Origin: Octopus sinensis
Lineage: Eukaryota
Assembly (NCBI RefSeq): GCF_006345805.1
Contig: NC_043009.1
Span: 23,126,001-23,190,000, forward strand
Direction of reading: 5' to 3'
DNA: 64,000 bases
The position numbers and the translations under genes were made by a program. The notes under the pieces are model-generated. The model had not been told where the DNA came from. It did not search any database and saw only the letters and a list, made by a program, of their open reading frames with translations. This document shows, piece after piece, positions 36,917 through 51,246 of the stretch (the stretch's first letter is position 1; every line of letters begins with the position of its first letter).

Positions 36917-37397
36917 GAGCAAGTCACATACCAGTCAAAAACACCCAAAATTGTAAACTTGACTGGAACATTTATTGTCTCATGTCAAAATTTTTGTCGA
37001 AAAAATTGCAACACGTCCAATTACTCAAAAGTAGAAAATTACACGATCCCCACACGCAGCCCTCAACTTTTTCTACTTAATATTTCGAGAACCAATATTT
37101 CAAAAGAGAATTATTACCCATATATGTGTGTGTATATATACATGTGTGAGCTTATGTGTGTGTGTTTTTGTATTCGTCAACTCCGTTGCTTGACAACTGG
37201 TGTTGGAGAAAATCATTCTAAAAGATTCACACGATTCGGTCGCGTTCTCAAACTCAAAGAACGAAATTTTAGGACGTTGCCCTCATGAGCAGAAAATTCG
37301 TTTTGCGACGTGATCTTGTTGATTTTACACACACACACCACACACACACCACACACACACCACACACACACTCTCTCTCTCTTCTCTACACAACACA

Positions 37398-37451
<54 letters not shown>

Positions 37452-37899
37452 TATATACATATATACAGACTGGGTGATTCATGACTGCTCACGTCTATAC
37501 TATGTCTTGCATAGCCTCAACGAAGTAACTACAGATGTGACCGTACAATATTGTGACAGACGTGCGTGATATCTTGATTGTCGGAACGAAAAGTCCACTA
37601 TGCATTAATAGTTCCTAGAATTTCAGTCTAACCTTACGCATCGAGGATGGAGCATAAGAAGGAGATATAATAGATAGATAGATAGAGAGAGAAAGAGAGA
37701 GAGAGAGCGAGAGAGGGAGAGGGAGAGAGAGAGAAATAAAGAGAGAGGTTACAGGAAGTACGGCACACCAAATTTTAAGCGGGTAACAAGACATCAAAGT
37801 TGTGGCAGAAAATACTTGCCCAAGGAACCATGTAATGAAATGAGACCTTGATTTTGAGCAGTGAACTTCTTAAGCTCTGAACACATGCCCATGTATGTA

Positions 37900-38230
37900 T
37901 AATTTCGCTTTGCAACTACATGCTTTTGGGTTCAGTCCCGCTGCGTAGCACCTGGGGGCAAGTGTATTCTACTAAAATTTCGTGAATTTCGTTGACGGAA
38001 ACTGTGTGGAAGTCCCTCGTATATTTACACATACGTATGCGTGTCTTTGGGTTTGTCCCATACACACCAGCTTGATAACCGGTGTTAGTTTGTTTCTGTC
38101 TCCGTAAATTAGCGGTTCGGCAATAGGGGCGATAGAATGAATTCTTAATTTACTAAAAAGAACCCTTGAAGATGTTGCTGCAGCATGGCCGCAGTCGAAT
38201 GAGTGAAACAAGTAAAAGGCAGAAGTTAAA
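37900..38230 (+). mobile_element. SINE family B, degenerate
   Basis: CORE-like segment and tail recognisable. Confidence 0.7.
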
Positions 38231-39109
38231 AGTAAAAAAGATATACTCACGCACCTGCATACATAAATGCATAAATATATACACCTACGCACACTATGCA
38301 TTACACGTATATTTGAGCTCATATAAACATCTGTATGTTGATGGTGTGGTGTATATTTAGTTTTTAATTTCATCTTATGTTTACAGCAGCGTGTCATAAA
38401 CTTGGTGCGCGCGGACTCATCTGTAATTTATCTTTTAACATAGCAGAACGCTATTTACAATATATTTACTTTGCGATATTTATATAAAAAAGTTTTATTG
38501 TTGAATAAGCTTCGTTTCAGCAAGTTCAGTTTGTAAACTGATTTCAGTCTTTATATATTCCTATGTGGGAAACGTCACGTTCAATTTTGCCTGATTGCTG
38601 CCTGTTGTATTACTTCTTAAGTAAGTAACTTATGTGAACGACCGCTCGTTGTTGATTTATGAAATTCTTAAGCTTTTCATGTTTTGCTTGACGTTGGCTT
38701 TGCCCGACGTTATCTTACAAGCATATATTATCCTGTAACATACCGTATCATATCGTATCATATTGTATTATGCATCTCTGTTTTTCTTTATGTTTAGGCT
38801 GCATCGGACAGCAAATCAAGTACCTCATGTTTGTTTAGTGTTAAGTGTTTAATGCTACCATAGTTTTGCTACCTTTCGTTTGCACATTTACAATCAATAT
38901 CAGTTTAAAGTAGCGTCTCATTTAGTTAGTAATATTTATGAAATACCTTCTTTAAATCAGTCTGTTTCGGAAATAAAAGAGCTCGTCAGTGCAGTAATTC
39001 AGCATCCTTGTTTACGTTCTGAGTTCAATTCCCGCTGATGTCGAATTTAACCTTTCATACTTCTGGGGCCACGAAAAACCTGGTGGACAACGAAAAACCT
39101 GGCTGATAA

Positions 39110-39305
39110 CAGTCAAGGCTGATCTGGAACCCAACCTACGCCCCCGTATCTATGGCGTTCGCCGCTGGAATAAGGAGTGGTTGGAGATCACGCGGTCGTT
39201 AGCCTCAAATCGCCAGGTCTGGTCGGCGTTGTGAGGGATGCAGCATTGAGGATGAATGAAGCTAGCTCAACCCACCCCGGGTGAATGCTGTTCCAAGACA
39301 AGAAA
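39110..39305 (+). mobile_element. RTE-clade LINE 3' fragment
   Basis: Encodes TVKADLEPNLRPRIYGVRRWNKEWLEITRSLASNRQVW...RDAA, resembling an RTE ORF2 C-terminus; ends in CAAGACAAG. Confidence 0.6.
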
Positions 39306-39789
39306 GAAGACTTCTGGGGCCGATAAAGTGAGAACTTGTTGTTGAGCAATTGGTGTTTTTGAGTCCAGAGTTCAAATCCCGCTGATGTCAATTTTAACTT
39401 TTCAGCCTCTCTGTGTCCAATAAAAGTGAGTACCAGTTGTTTTGTCGTTACTTACCAGTTGATGAGTTGATGTTGTTTGTTTCACCCCAGGCCGACCCTG
39501 GTTGTGAAACCTATGATCATGGTATTCTAGACATGAGCTTGGCATTCAATCCTTGGACAAAATATACCTGGACTACATTGGTAGATTATTCGTAATTTCA
39601 ATAATTTTTCAGCGTTGTTACCCCTTGGGTTTGTCTAAATGTCGGCTTCGACGATGAATACTCAGCTGTTCGATCTGGTGAACTACTTTCTCATTAAGTT
39701 AGTGCATTAAGACGCTGAACATTCTGCAGACACGTGTACCTTTAACACCAGTGTGACAAGGCAGGATCTGTCAATTATAGTTTTATATA

Positions 39790-40160
39790 CCAGTTACCCG
39801 TCAGCTATACCAGTTTTTCATCGACTATACAAGTCTTTTTTATGAATTATATAATAGTTCACCATCAACTATTCCAAATTCCCTTCACCTATACCAGTTC
39901 CTCATCAACAATACCAGTTAGACATCAAATATATCAGTTTCCCATCAACTATACCAGTTTCTCATCAACTATACCAGTTAGACATCAAATATACCAGTTA
40001 CCTGTCAACTATACCAGTTTTTCATCGACTATACCGATTTCCCATCAACTATACCAGGTGTCCATCAACTCCAACAGTTTTCCCATCAACTCTACCGGCT
40101 TCGCTTCCTGATCTATACTTTTTTAAAATCAACCCCACGAGTTTCCCATCAACTCTGCCC
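39790..40160. repeat. Degenerate minisatellite of about 20 bp (CATCAACTATACCAGTTnnn)
   Basis: More than ten visible units. Confidence 0.85.
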
Positions 40161-41139
40161 CTTTATACATTTCTAGCCTTCTTCCAATCTTAGAAACCAA
40201 TATTATGGAAGATTGGCAGATTCGATAGTGTGTCGGACAAAATACCTTACGCTATTTAGTTACGGTTATGTATCTTCTGAGTTCAAGCCACGCGTTGGGT
40301 TTGCTTTGAATTTCGTACTTTCTCAGTCGATTAAAAGAAGAAAAAAATAAGAAGCAAACAATTACCTGTGTATGAGGCGGGAGTTGATATAATCTTCTAG
40401 GTTTCCCTTTTCTTACATTTTCAGGTTTTGTGCCAATTAAAAAAAATATCATTTATATATTTTTAGTATTTGAGATTTGAACTGAAAATAAAAAATAAAA
40501 AAATAATGGTAAACATTTGGATAAGAGATTAAATAAAATTAACCGATATTTTAGTAAATGGGTGGTGGTAGTTGTAGGAGTAGTGATGATGTTTGGTAGT
40601 GGTAGCGAGGCTGATGATAGTTATGATGCTGGTGTTGATAGTGGTGGCACTGGGGATGACATTGGAGGTGGTGCTGGGGGTTGTGTTGGTGGCGGTGCCG
40701 TTGCGGTCGTGATGGTAAGGATGATTGCGTTGGTGGTGTTGGTGGTTTTGATAATAGTGGTAGTGTTGTTTTGATGTTGGTGGCACTGGTGATAGTGTTC
40801 GTGGTGTTAATGGTGCTGTTGTTGTTGTTATTGTTGTTGGCGGCGGTAGGGATGGCGGTGGTAGGGATGGCGGTAGTGATGGTGGTGGGGGTTGGGGGTG
40901 TTTTCATTGTCGTTGGTGATGGTGGTGTTATTAACGGTAGCGATGGAGGCAGCAGTAGAAGTAGTTGTGATGGTGGCGGCGGCAGCGGTGGTGGTGGTGG
41001 AGGCAAATAAATGGAAAATAAATGAAAAATCTGAAAAGAAATTTCCCTGGAGAATTTAAGCAATTTCAGTGTGCAACAATAACATATAATAAGACTACCA
41101 TATAAGAAGTCTGCTATTAGAAGTGGTCGCGCACTCACG

Positions 41140-41152
41140 CGCGCGCACACAC

Positions 41153-41210
<58 letters not shown>

Positions 41211-42130
41211 TACATACACTCACACAAAGACACGCACACACAAAAACACATACACAGATACACGTAGATATATACACATACACATATGTACATAGACATA
41301 CGCACACGCACACTCATACATACAGAAACACACACACACACACACACACACACAAGCACGTTGACATGCACACGCACACACACACGCGGACACACACACA
41401 CACAGTCACACATAGACATACATTTACACGCAGACATGTAGACACAAATACGCAAACACATACACACTCACATGTAAACATGCACACACTGAAACATAAT
41501 CGCATACAGACTGACACATTCCTCACACATCGATATGCACATACACACACGGATATACGCGAACACACACACGCTTATACAACACACACGCAAACGTGTG
41601 CAGATACACACTGAGGCGCACGCAGAAACATACACAAACATTCACACATATGTACAATAGAGGCACGGACACATGCAGACAAGCGCATACAGACACGCGT
41701 ACACAGACACGTGTACGCAGACACGCGCACGCAGACACTCGCACGCAAATACTCGCATGCAAACACGCACATACAGACACGCGCAGACACGTCGCAGACA
41801 GGCGCACAGATACGCGCGTACAGACACGCGCATACAGACACGCACACACAGATACGCGTACACAGATACGCGCTTACAGATACGCACATACAGACATGCG
41901 CACACGGGTGCGCACACAGACACGCACACACAAACACGCGCACACAGACACGCGCACACAGACACGGGCACACAGACAAGCGCATACAGACACGCGCACC
42001 CAGGCACGTATCACTCCCATATACTTACATATACGCAAACAAACAGGTACATAAACGCACACACGCGCGCACACTCACACACACACACACTCGCCAGTGC
42101 GTAACGCACGAACGCACGCATGCACACCAG
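41140..42130. repeat. Complex (CA)n-derived satellite (CACACAGACACGCG variants)
   Basis: Directly visible. Confidence 0.9.
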
Positions 42131-42212
42131 ATAAACATATATGTATGCCTATACACAGTTTAATAATAATAATAATAATAATAATAATATAATAATAATA
42201 ATAATAATAATA

Positions 42213-42429
42213 GTAATGGTTTCAAATTTTGCCACAAGGGCAGCCATTTTGGGGGAAGAGCTGAGTCGATAACATCGACTCCAGTGTTGAGCTGGTACTT
42301 ACTTTATCGATATCGAAGGGATGAAAGGCAAAGTCAACCTCAGCGTAATTTGAACTCAGATCGGAGCGACGGGCGAAAAACCGCTAAGCATTTCGTCCAG
42401 CGTGCTAACGATTCTGCCAGCTCGCCGCC

Positions 42430-42432
<3 letters not shown>
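42213..42432 (-). mobile_element. SINE A3 embedded in (TAA)n
   Basis: Full head; tail GCTGCCCTTGTGGCAAAATTTGAAACCATT; TAA tracts on both sides. Confidence 0.85.
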
Positions 42433-42462
<30 letters not shown>

Positions 42463-42464
<2 letters not shown>

Positions 42465-44245
42465 TATAAATCATCTCATTTACATGGATGATTTAAAACT
42501 CTTTGCAAAAAATCACCAACAACTCAAGGGCTTACTAACGATTGTCAAACAATTCAGTGACGACATCAGAATGCAATTTGGCCTCGATAAATGTTCAAAA
42601 GCTACCTTTATCAAGGGAAAAAATGACAGAAACATCTTACGTTAACCTTGACCAGCAGAATGTCATAAAAGAATTAGACCCAGCGGAGAGCTACAAGTAC
42701 CTAGGGGTAATTGAAGGGGACGGAATAAGGCATTCAGAAATGAAGGAAAGAATCAGGAGAGAATGTTATCGAAGAGTGAGAGCAATACTCAAGACAGAGC
42801 TGAATGCGAGAAACAGGATCGAAGCGATCAATGCATTAGCCATACCAGTCATGACTTACAGTCTCAATATCGTTAACTGGTCAATTACTGAAATATGTCA
42901 GCTTGACAGAAAAATACGAAAACTGTTGACAATGCATAAAATGCACCACCCTAAGGCAGATACAGAACGACTTTATCTGCCAAGAAAAGAGGGAGGCCGT
43001 GGTCTTTTACAACTGGCAATAACAATGAAGATTGCTACAATTGGCCTAGACACCTACCTGAAAAGTCTGAGGACTGGATGTTAAAACTTGTCTTAAAACA
43101 TGAAAACAAGAAAAGCATCATACTCAGTAACAAACAGGCAAAGGAATATCTAAGTGAATTCCGAATACAACAAATTTCGGAATTAGAGATAGACATACAA
43201 GAAGCAAGCACAGAAAAAGCTAAGCGCATGAAAACCCGTGCAAAAACTGCGGCCTTAGATATTCTGAATGATAAATGGCAAGAAAAACCTCTCTATGGCA
43301 AATACCCAAAGAGAGCGAATAATGCAGATATTGACAAAGCCCTGACCCACAATTGCTAATGGCCTCTGGCTTAAAATCTGAAACAGGGGTTTGTCATAGC
43401 AGCTCAAGATCAATGCCTACCAACAAGAAACTACCAGGCCAACATATTAAAGAACGGCAGTAGCCCAACATGTCGTGTATGTCAACAACAAAATGAAACC
43501 ATTGATCATGTTGTCTCCAAGTGCAGTCTTCTAGCGCCAGGCATGATAGAGCTGCACAATATATTCACTGGGTAATTTGCAAAAACCTGGATTTGACCCA
43601 TGAAAAAAACTGGTGGGAACACAAACCACCTCCAGTGCATGAAAATGACCACATCTTACTCCTCTGGAACGTCACCATTCAAACTGACAGAAAGATAGAT
43701 GCAAATAGGCCAGACATCATATTGAAAGACTTCAGACAAAGAACATGCCTCCACATTGATATGACTGTCCCAATCGATATAAACGTATCTGTCAAGACCT
43801 ACCAAAAACTGAGCAAATATAAAGATCTTGAAATAGAAATCAGCAAAATGTGGAACCTGAAGACTAAAATAATACCTGTTGTCATAGGTGCCCTGGGAAT
43901 GATAGCGAAAGGGGCTGATTGCTACCTAACTCAGATACCAGGAAACCCCAAAATGGCAGAAATTCAAAAGATAGTGCTCATGGGAACTGCTCATATCCTA
44001 CGCAAAATACTTTCTATGTAATCTCAAGGTTTAAAACAAACAATTTTTATTTTATTTATTTTTTAAATTTTATTTATTTATTTTTTATTTATTTATTAGA
44101 CATTCACTAGTACAACACCCCCCCCCAATATATGGCACACTAGGCATAACAACAACGTGAACTTCCAACCTGTTGTTTCTTGAGGTCTCTGGGTGAGACT
44201 TGGAGCCAACTTGTACAAATATAAAGCAAAAGTCAAACATAGAAT
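42463..44245 (+). mobile_element. 5'-truncated R4/Dong-like non-LTR retrotransposon (RT, CCHC, RLE), frameshifted
   Basis: INHLIYMDDLKLF (RT YMDD), YKYLGV, CRVCQQQNETIDHVVSKC zinc knuckle, RHD, NRPDI...IDMTVP...K..KY.DL endonuclease motifs; stop at 44021; (TAA)n at both ends. Confidence 0.9.
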
Positions 44246-44285
44246 AATAATAATAATAATAATGATAATAATAATAATAATGATG

Positions 44286-44346
<61 letters not shown>

Positions 44347-44379
44347 TAAACCATACTGAAGGTGATATAACAATCTTCT

Positions 44380-44570
44380 ATCTTTTACTTGTTTCAGTCA
44401 TTACTTGTTTCAGACAGCGGCCATGCTGGAGCACTGGTTCGAAGAATTTTAGTCGAATGAATCGAACCCTGAATTATTGTTTTAAAGCCTGGCACCTATT
44501 CTATGGCTCTCTTTTGTCGAACCGCTATTTTACAGGAACGTAAACACACAAACACCGGTTGTCCAGCGTG
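44380..44570 (-). mobile_element. SINE family B, 3' part
   Basis: Tail match. Confidence 0.7.
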
Positions 44571-44780
44571 GCGGCGGGGATCAACACGCACCCCACCCAC
44601 ACATAAATATAAACAAACTAACATTTGTTTTTATAAGCGTCGAAATGTGCATTGTATGATACAGCAGAAATATTGGGTAAATTATCCACATAAAGCGGAA
44701 AAATTTGTTAACGAACAGTATTTCTGCTGTTCTAACGGAAATTCTGCGTTTTAAAAATATCGTCATCTTATTTGTATCGT

Positions 44781-44879
<99 letters not shown>

Positions 44880-45169
44880 TTATTATTATTATAATAGTAG
44901 TAGTAGGGAATATAAAATTCCAAACTTACTGGGAAAAATTTAGTAATACTAAATCAAATTTCACAATATATAATATATGATTATAATTAAGAGAAATAAC
45001 CTCTATTAAGTAAGTCAATAGTGAAAGACATTTTTTATATTAAATCATATAGAAAAAAATTAAATATATTATAATAAATATTATTCTAAAAATCAACAAA
45101 TTGAATAAATTGACTAGTCAGTTTAATGTTTTTTTAATTTAGTGATTTTTAGAATAATGTATTATATAA

Positions 45170-45310
45170 AATCCGTTCTGACTGTGTGTGTGTCATCTAG
45201 GATCTCTGGCATCCTCCGTCCGATTGCGCTCAAATTTGATATGTAGTTACCGACAGTATCAGGGCATGTATAAGTCTTGAAAAATTACAAAAATCGATTC
45301 CAGGTGAAAA
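45170..45310 (+). mobile_element. Helentron/HINE-like terminal fragment
   Basis: CTGTGTGTGTGTC...CCGATTGCGCTCAAATTTG, resembling the end of 46250-47417 in reverse complement. Confidence 0.4.
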
Positions 45311-45426
45311 TGCATCAACACCCTTGTATGTGTGTATGCATTCATATGTATATATGAATACATGCATGTATATATACATACACCCTAAGATTCAACACAT
45401 TTTAGTACAATTTTCATTCACCAGAA

Positions 45427-45526
45427 NNNNNNNNNNNNNNNNNNNNNNNNNNNNNNNNNNNNNNNNNNNNNNNNNNNNNNNNNNNNNNNNNNNNNNNNNN
45501 NNNNNNNNNNNNNNNNNNNNNNNNNN
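45427..45526. other. Assembly gap (100 N)
   Basis: Run of N. Confidence 1.
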
Positions 45527-46249
45527 CAAGTGTCTTCTACTATAGCTTCAGGCCATTTGACAACCTGTGCTGGTTGTGTTTACGTCGGCGTAGCGGTTAG
45601 ACCCAAAGAGGCCTATAGAATAAGCACAAGACTTCATGAAAAAAAAGGTACCCGGGTCGATTCGTTCAACTGAAATTCTTCAAGGCTCCAGCATGACCGC
45701 AGCGTAATGAGTGAAGCAAGTAAAAAAATAAAGGATAAACGATTGCTTTTGAAAATCTGCAATATGCAAGATTATCACATAACTATTTTCCTTGCACACG
45801 AAGGAAGATACGGTTATATATACACCAACAATACAAAACTAGAATAGATAAGTCAGGGCACCCTACATCGATTACTCTCGTATTTGTGTTAAGAGGATTG
45901 AAAGTCTTACAGTTTATCTTTCCTTATATTTATCTTCGACGACGACAAACCCAAACCATGATAACATAAAAATATATCATATGGCATGATAACAGAATGA
46001 CATGGTATGACATAATACGATACAAGGAAATTGGAATGATTTACTTCTGCGCTGCAAATATATATATACAACATAACCTGACACTTAAGAAAGAATGTAG
46101 TATTATCTTATTGTTCTTGATTTCGTTTCGTTTACTTTCGTTTCGTTTCTTTTTTAGATTTACTTCATCGTTGATTACTGTTACAATGTAGAGGGTAACG
46201 TGGTATCGAATCTAGCCAGAAGAATTGCGTTCTTATAAGCTTTTATAAA

Positions 46250-47417
46250 GTACTAGTAGCATATCCCGGCGTTGCCCGGAAATGTAAGAGCCCCTAGTAG
46301 GCAACGACTAATCCCAATCTAGTCCTTTCCCTCTAGGAAACGAAGGCGCATGTGTAGGTTGCAATGTCTTCTCTTCACTCCTAAATAACTATCAAGCAGC
46401 TATCGATAATTCAACCCAACCAATTCCTACCAGGAAGAAATTACATTCGAGACTTTACCCCCAACACTGCCACTTCTGCTAATAGTTGCTGCAGTCGCAA
46501 GTTATTCGAATACTTTTTTTGTTTAAACTTTCTTTATCCCAAACGTTTTACCTTAAATTTTTGACGTACCCTAAGGACGCTACTTGCAAACTCTTGGTTT
46601 ATTATAAACCGCTTTGTCGTGTGCACCAAAAAACCTTTCCATTCGTTTGTTCAGTTTGGTCACTTTTTGACTTTTTCGTTGTTGTCACCCACATTGCTGC
46701 CCGCTTTTTTGGCCGTTTTTGTACATTTTTATACATTTTGGATACTTACCCCCCACGTGTTCCGAGAGTTAAAAAGGTCGAGTTGCGTCCCCTAGACAGT
46801 CTGGTGGTTTTGTTTAATACACAATCGGTTTGCTATGTGTGCCACTTAATACACAATCGGTTTGCTATGTGTGCCACATATGATTTAATTAACCGATTTT
46901 TTCCAGTAATAAGTATCCTATTGGAATAAAAAGGGCCTATAGCTCCTTGAGCAGACATGATGCTCGCTGTGAATTAAAAAAAAAATTCCTGATAATTTGT
47001 GAAAGATATTGTCGAAATATGTCATCTTGAATTTGAACGCGATTTCCCAAAATGGCATGATTTTATCGATTTTTTCTGATGGTAAGGTATTGCATGGAAA
47101 ACTAACGTCAGAATTAAGTTTTTTAGGGTAACATTAAGCTTTACCATGAGTTTGGTGAAAATCGATTGCAAGTTGCGAAAACTACAACAAAATGTGTTGC
47201 ATATAAAAAGCTTAGATTCTCGACTCATGTCGAATTTATCGATTTCTTTCAGAACTGGGGGACTTTTCAAAATTTTCGCTGTGTTAGTTTTGAATTATGA
47301 CATTGGCTATGTGTGTGTCAAGTTTCATCCAAATCGGTTGAAAGCCGTGGTCAGGGTGAGGGTACAACCTGACAGACACACAGACAGACAAACTGCCGTT
47401 TATATATAGAGAGATTA
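46250..47417 (-). mobile_element. Non-autonomous Helitron/Helentron-like element
   Basis: Ends ACTAGTAGCATATCCCGGCGTTGCCCGG and (GACA)n-AACTGCCGTTTATATATAGAGAGAT, an architecture resembling HINE/Lep1-type elements; internal 32-bp tandem duplication at about 46815-46880. Confidence 0.55.
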
Positions 47418-47829
47418 TTTCTTTGATTCTAAATTCTTTATTGTTTAAATAGCTGAGAAAAAGCAGCATCTATGACTATTTTCAGAGTCTTGAAGACTGG
47501 TGAGTGGGAGGGGATAATTTATTCGTAAACCGAAGATCGAGAACAAATGTTTGCAACAAAACCGACTCCGCTAGTTGGCGTTGCTATACAAGATGACAAA
47601 TTAAACCAACTATTTCAAATTAGGAACGGTTTTCTCGACGGATTTCCATATTGTTTCCGTTGTTTTCATCTATCAAATTCCATTTATAACTCTTTGACGG
47701 ATCAAGAACTATGGTAGAAAACCCTTGGTCCATGTGCCGTAGGGTGGGATTGAACCCGAAGTTACATACTTGCGAAGATAATTTGTTAACTGCAGAGCCA
47801 TGTCTATTTTGAGATATGTAAAATACTGA

Positions 47830-48203
47830 GGGAGAGAGAGAGAATGTGTGTAACAGAAAGAGAGAGAGAGAGAAATAGAAAGTGAGAGAATGTGTGAGAG
47901 AGAAAGAGAGAAAGAGAGACAGAGAAAGAGAGAGAAAGAGAGAGGGAGAGAGAGAGGGAGAGAGAGAATGTGTGCAACAGAAAGAGAGAGAAATAGAAAG
48001 TGAGAGAATGTGAGAGAGAAAGAAAGAAAGAGAGACAGAGAAAGAGAGAGAAAGAGAGAGAGAGGGAGAGAGAGAGGGAGAGAGAGAATGTGTGCAACAG
48101 AAAAAGAGAGAAATAGAAAGTGAGAGAATGTGTGAGAGAGAAAGAGAGAAAGAGAGACAGAGAAAGAGAGAGAAAGGGAGAGAAAGAGAGAGAGGGAGAG
48201 AGA

Positions 48204-48272
<69 letters not shown>
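47830..48272. repeat. AG-rich satellite with a higher-order unit of about 120 bp (about three copies), then (GA)n
   Basis: GAGAATGTGTG.AACAGAAA...GAAATAGAAAGTGAGAGAATG is repeated. Confidence 0.85.
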
Positions 48273-48276
<4 letters not shown>

Positions 48277-48539
48277 TCCTAATCAGTTCTTGACGCTTTG
48301 TTGTGATTGCAGGCAGGATTCTAGTCATCTCCACTTCAGATTATCTCGCTGTTAAGGGAGAGCTGGTAGACTGTCAGGGAACATTGTTAATCTTCCTTGC
48401 TTTTCACAGAAGTTAACTGAGAATCAGCGTGGTGTATAAAATTATGAACACAATGATTTATCTACGTAATCACTGGATTGTGTCATTAACTGTTCCTGAA
48501 AATGCATGCATACACACATACATACATACTTACATACAC

Positions 48540-48653
48540 ACGAAAATACCCTGTTGATGTTGTTGAAATTTCAACGCAGGAGCCTTGGATCTACGTTAGA
48601 AACTGGTTCTTTCTCTATTGACAAGAAATTTTGAAATAAAACTGAATAAGGAC
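48540..48653 (+). mobile_element. Short 3'-end copy of the (CATA)n-associated element at 62356-62773
   Basis: GGAGCCTTG...TTAGAAAC..GTTCTTTCTCTATT.ACAAGAAAT...GAAATAAAACTGAATAA.GACATA matches 62663-62773; CATA repeats on both sides. Confidence 0.75.
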
Positions 48654-49166
48654 ATATATACATATATACATACATACATGTGGAGACGCAATGGCCCAGT
48701 GGTTAGGGCAGCGGACTTGCGGTCGTAAAGCTCCACGAGGCTCCGGCGGGGAGTGGTGGCTTCCCTGCTGTACACTTTCGCCACAACTTTCTCTCACTCT
48801 TTCTTCTGTCGACCTACTCGCATTGTGACCAGCGATGTGTAGCAACATTTGATAGCCTGGTCGGTCACGGTGATGGTGACATACATACATACATACATAC
48901 ATACATACATACATAAACACTTTCACTCACACACAAAATAAATAAACAAAGGGTGAAAACATTTTCAACGATGTTTATTTCGCTTAAGGTGTGTTTCAAA
49001 TAGTTCAGCAAGTTGTACCAATCGGAAATTGAGGTTTGCGTGCTTAATAGATCCTTCTGTTGATTGATTAATTAACCGAATTTATGTTTTTGCTTGATTT
49101 GTTCATCGATGATGGAAGACAAACAGAAAAAAACACACAAATATACGCACGGCGGCACGCACGCAG

Positions 49167-49228
<62 letters not shown>

Positions 49229-50629
49229 CAAGCTTTCGCATTGTTTCCGTCAAGGCGTCGCGCACTGGGACTGAACTAAGAATCCCACGGTTTTTATGCC
49301 AGCTTCTTAACCACACATCCATGCCCGCCCCTATTAATTTATTTTGCTAAAAACATGAAAATATTTTTTAAAAAATTGAAGAAAAACTTTGCTAAGTAGA
49401 CAGGCAGGTATATCGAAGTTCTAGTTATGGATGGCTTTTGATATATATATATAATTCACTGAGAAAATATTAATTTTTATATCGTGTACATAGCGAAAAT
49501 AATGAAGCCATCGGTAAAAGTTTTTGGGAAATTAACACAGAAATGCTTAAGGCAATCCTTGTAATATACCGGAGTAAACACATAAATGTGAAACAAGGTG
49601 GAAAAAAGAGTACTGAAATACCAGTGGTAGAGTAATATGCTTTATATATATATATATATATATACGACGGGTTTCTTTCAGTTTCCATCTACTAAATCCA
49701 CTCACAAGGCTTTGGTTGGCCCGAGGCTATAGTAGAAGACGCTTGCCCATGTATAATAAAAACAAAGTGTAGTAAATTAAACGTACGAACGTATACTGAA
49801 TACACAGACGAACGAAAATCACAGAAGGTTACCAACTCCTCTTCAGTTATTGGCCAGAGGGTCAAGTGCAATTTCGGCCATTATCGATAATATATTGTTT
49901 TCACTCTGAAGTGGCAAGAAACTTGCCGGGAATGGGTTCAAAACCTAACAAAACGAGACCGTTAGTAGACGGACGAGAGACAAAACAATAAACAGAATAG
50001 AAGCTTAGGACCACACAAAGACAACAATTAAAATGATAATAATACATATACAGCATAAAAAACCTTAGGGCTGCTGGGCAAGACAAAAATGGGTAACGCG
50101 AAAGAGAAATTAAAAAAACTATCCTAAAGGATTATAGGCACGAAAGGAGTAGAGCGATGAGCTCAGAAACTCGCGACGAGTCCGGTCGAAAGCAACGCGA
50201 AAATGGATGACACCACCTTAGGCCGTCACGGATCACGTGATAGTGGGAGGAAGAAAACAGAAATACAGACAGCGAATGAGAGAGAGAGATAGAGAGAGAA
50301 AGAGAGAAAAAGGAAATTAAGGGAAGGGAGGAGCTCAGAAAATCGTGACCAGTCCGGTCCAAGGCAACGCGAAAAAGAATATATAAGTGTATATATACAT
50401 ATGACAAACGTACGCAAAAACTAAGATACATGTCCATGTAGTATCACAATGAATTTTGTGTTTATTACATTTAATCACTCATAGTCACACACATGTTGAA
50501 ATATGCACATTGAGACGCATAGGGGCTATGTGGTATGAATCCGGTTTTCACACCACATGGTTCCGGGTTCAGTGCCACTACGTGGCACATTCGGCAGGTG
50601 TCTTCTACTATAGCACACACACACACACA

Positions 50630-50682
<53 letters not shown>

Positions 50683-50767
50683 GTTGAAATTCGCAGGAAA
50701 ACAAAAGACGAAGACAGGTGTATGAACAACAAGCAAGTGTTTTAGTTTGACGCTCAGGAAAGTAAGT

Positions 50768-50803
50768 CTTTTACGTTTCGAGCCTACGTTCTTCAACAGA
50801 AAG
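50768..50803 (-). ncRNA. Hammerhead-like motif, A6U variant (CUGUUGA)
   Basis: CTTT-CTGTTGA-A-GAAC-GTAG-GCTC-GAAAC-GTA-AAAG. Confidence 0.55.
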
Positions 50804-50919
50804 GAATAAGAGAAATTAAACTGAGAGAGAATGAAAAACAACTTGTGGATTTAGCGATCAAGCATGGCGACTATATATATTATGTACATATATATATATA
50901 CATACACACACATACATAT

Positions 50920-51140
50920 ATATGTCTGTCCTTGTGTTTGTTGTTTGTCCCCACACCATCGCTTGATAACCGTTATTGGAGTGTTTATGTTTCCGTAACT
51001 TAGCGGTTCGACACAAGAGACGGATAGAATAAGTACTAAGCTTACAAAGAATAAGTCCTGGGGATGATTTGTTCGACTAGAACCCTTCAAGGCGGTGCTC
51101 CAGCATGGCCGCAGTCAAATGACTGAAAAATGTAAAAGAA
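50920..51140 (+). mobile_element. SINE family B, 3' half
   Basis: Tail match. Confidence 0.85.
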
Positions 51141-51211
51141 TAAAAGAACGCACACATATTCAGGATATGCAAATCACAATATTCTACACACACACACACA
51201 CACACACACAC

Positions 51212-51246
<35 letters not shown>

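Noticed and set aside
39790-40160. Short regular repeats as a CRISPR array
   Set aside because: Eukaryotic context, no unique spacers and no cas genes.
48560-48615. TGAAGGAGCC...TTAGAAAC segment (also 62695-62730) as a hammerhead
   Set aside because: No CUGANGA core and weak stems in both copies.
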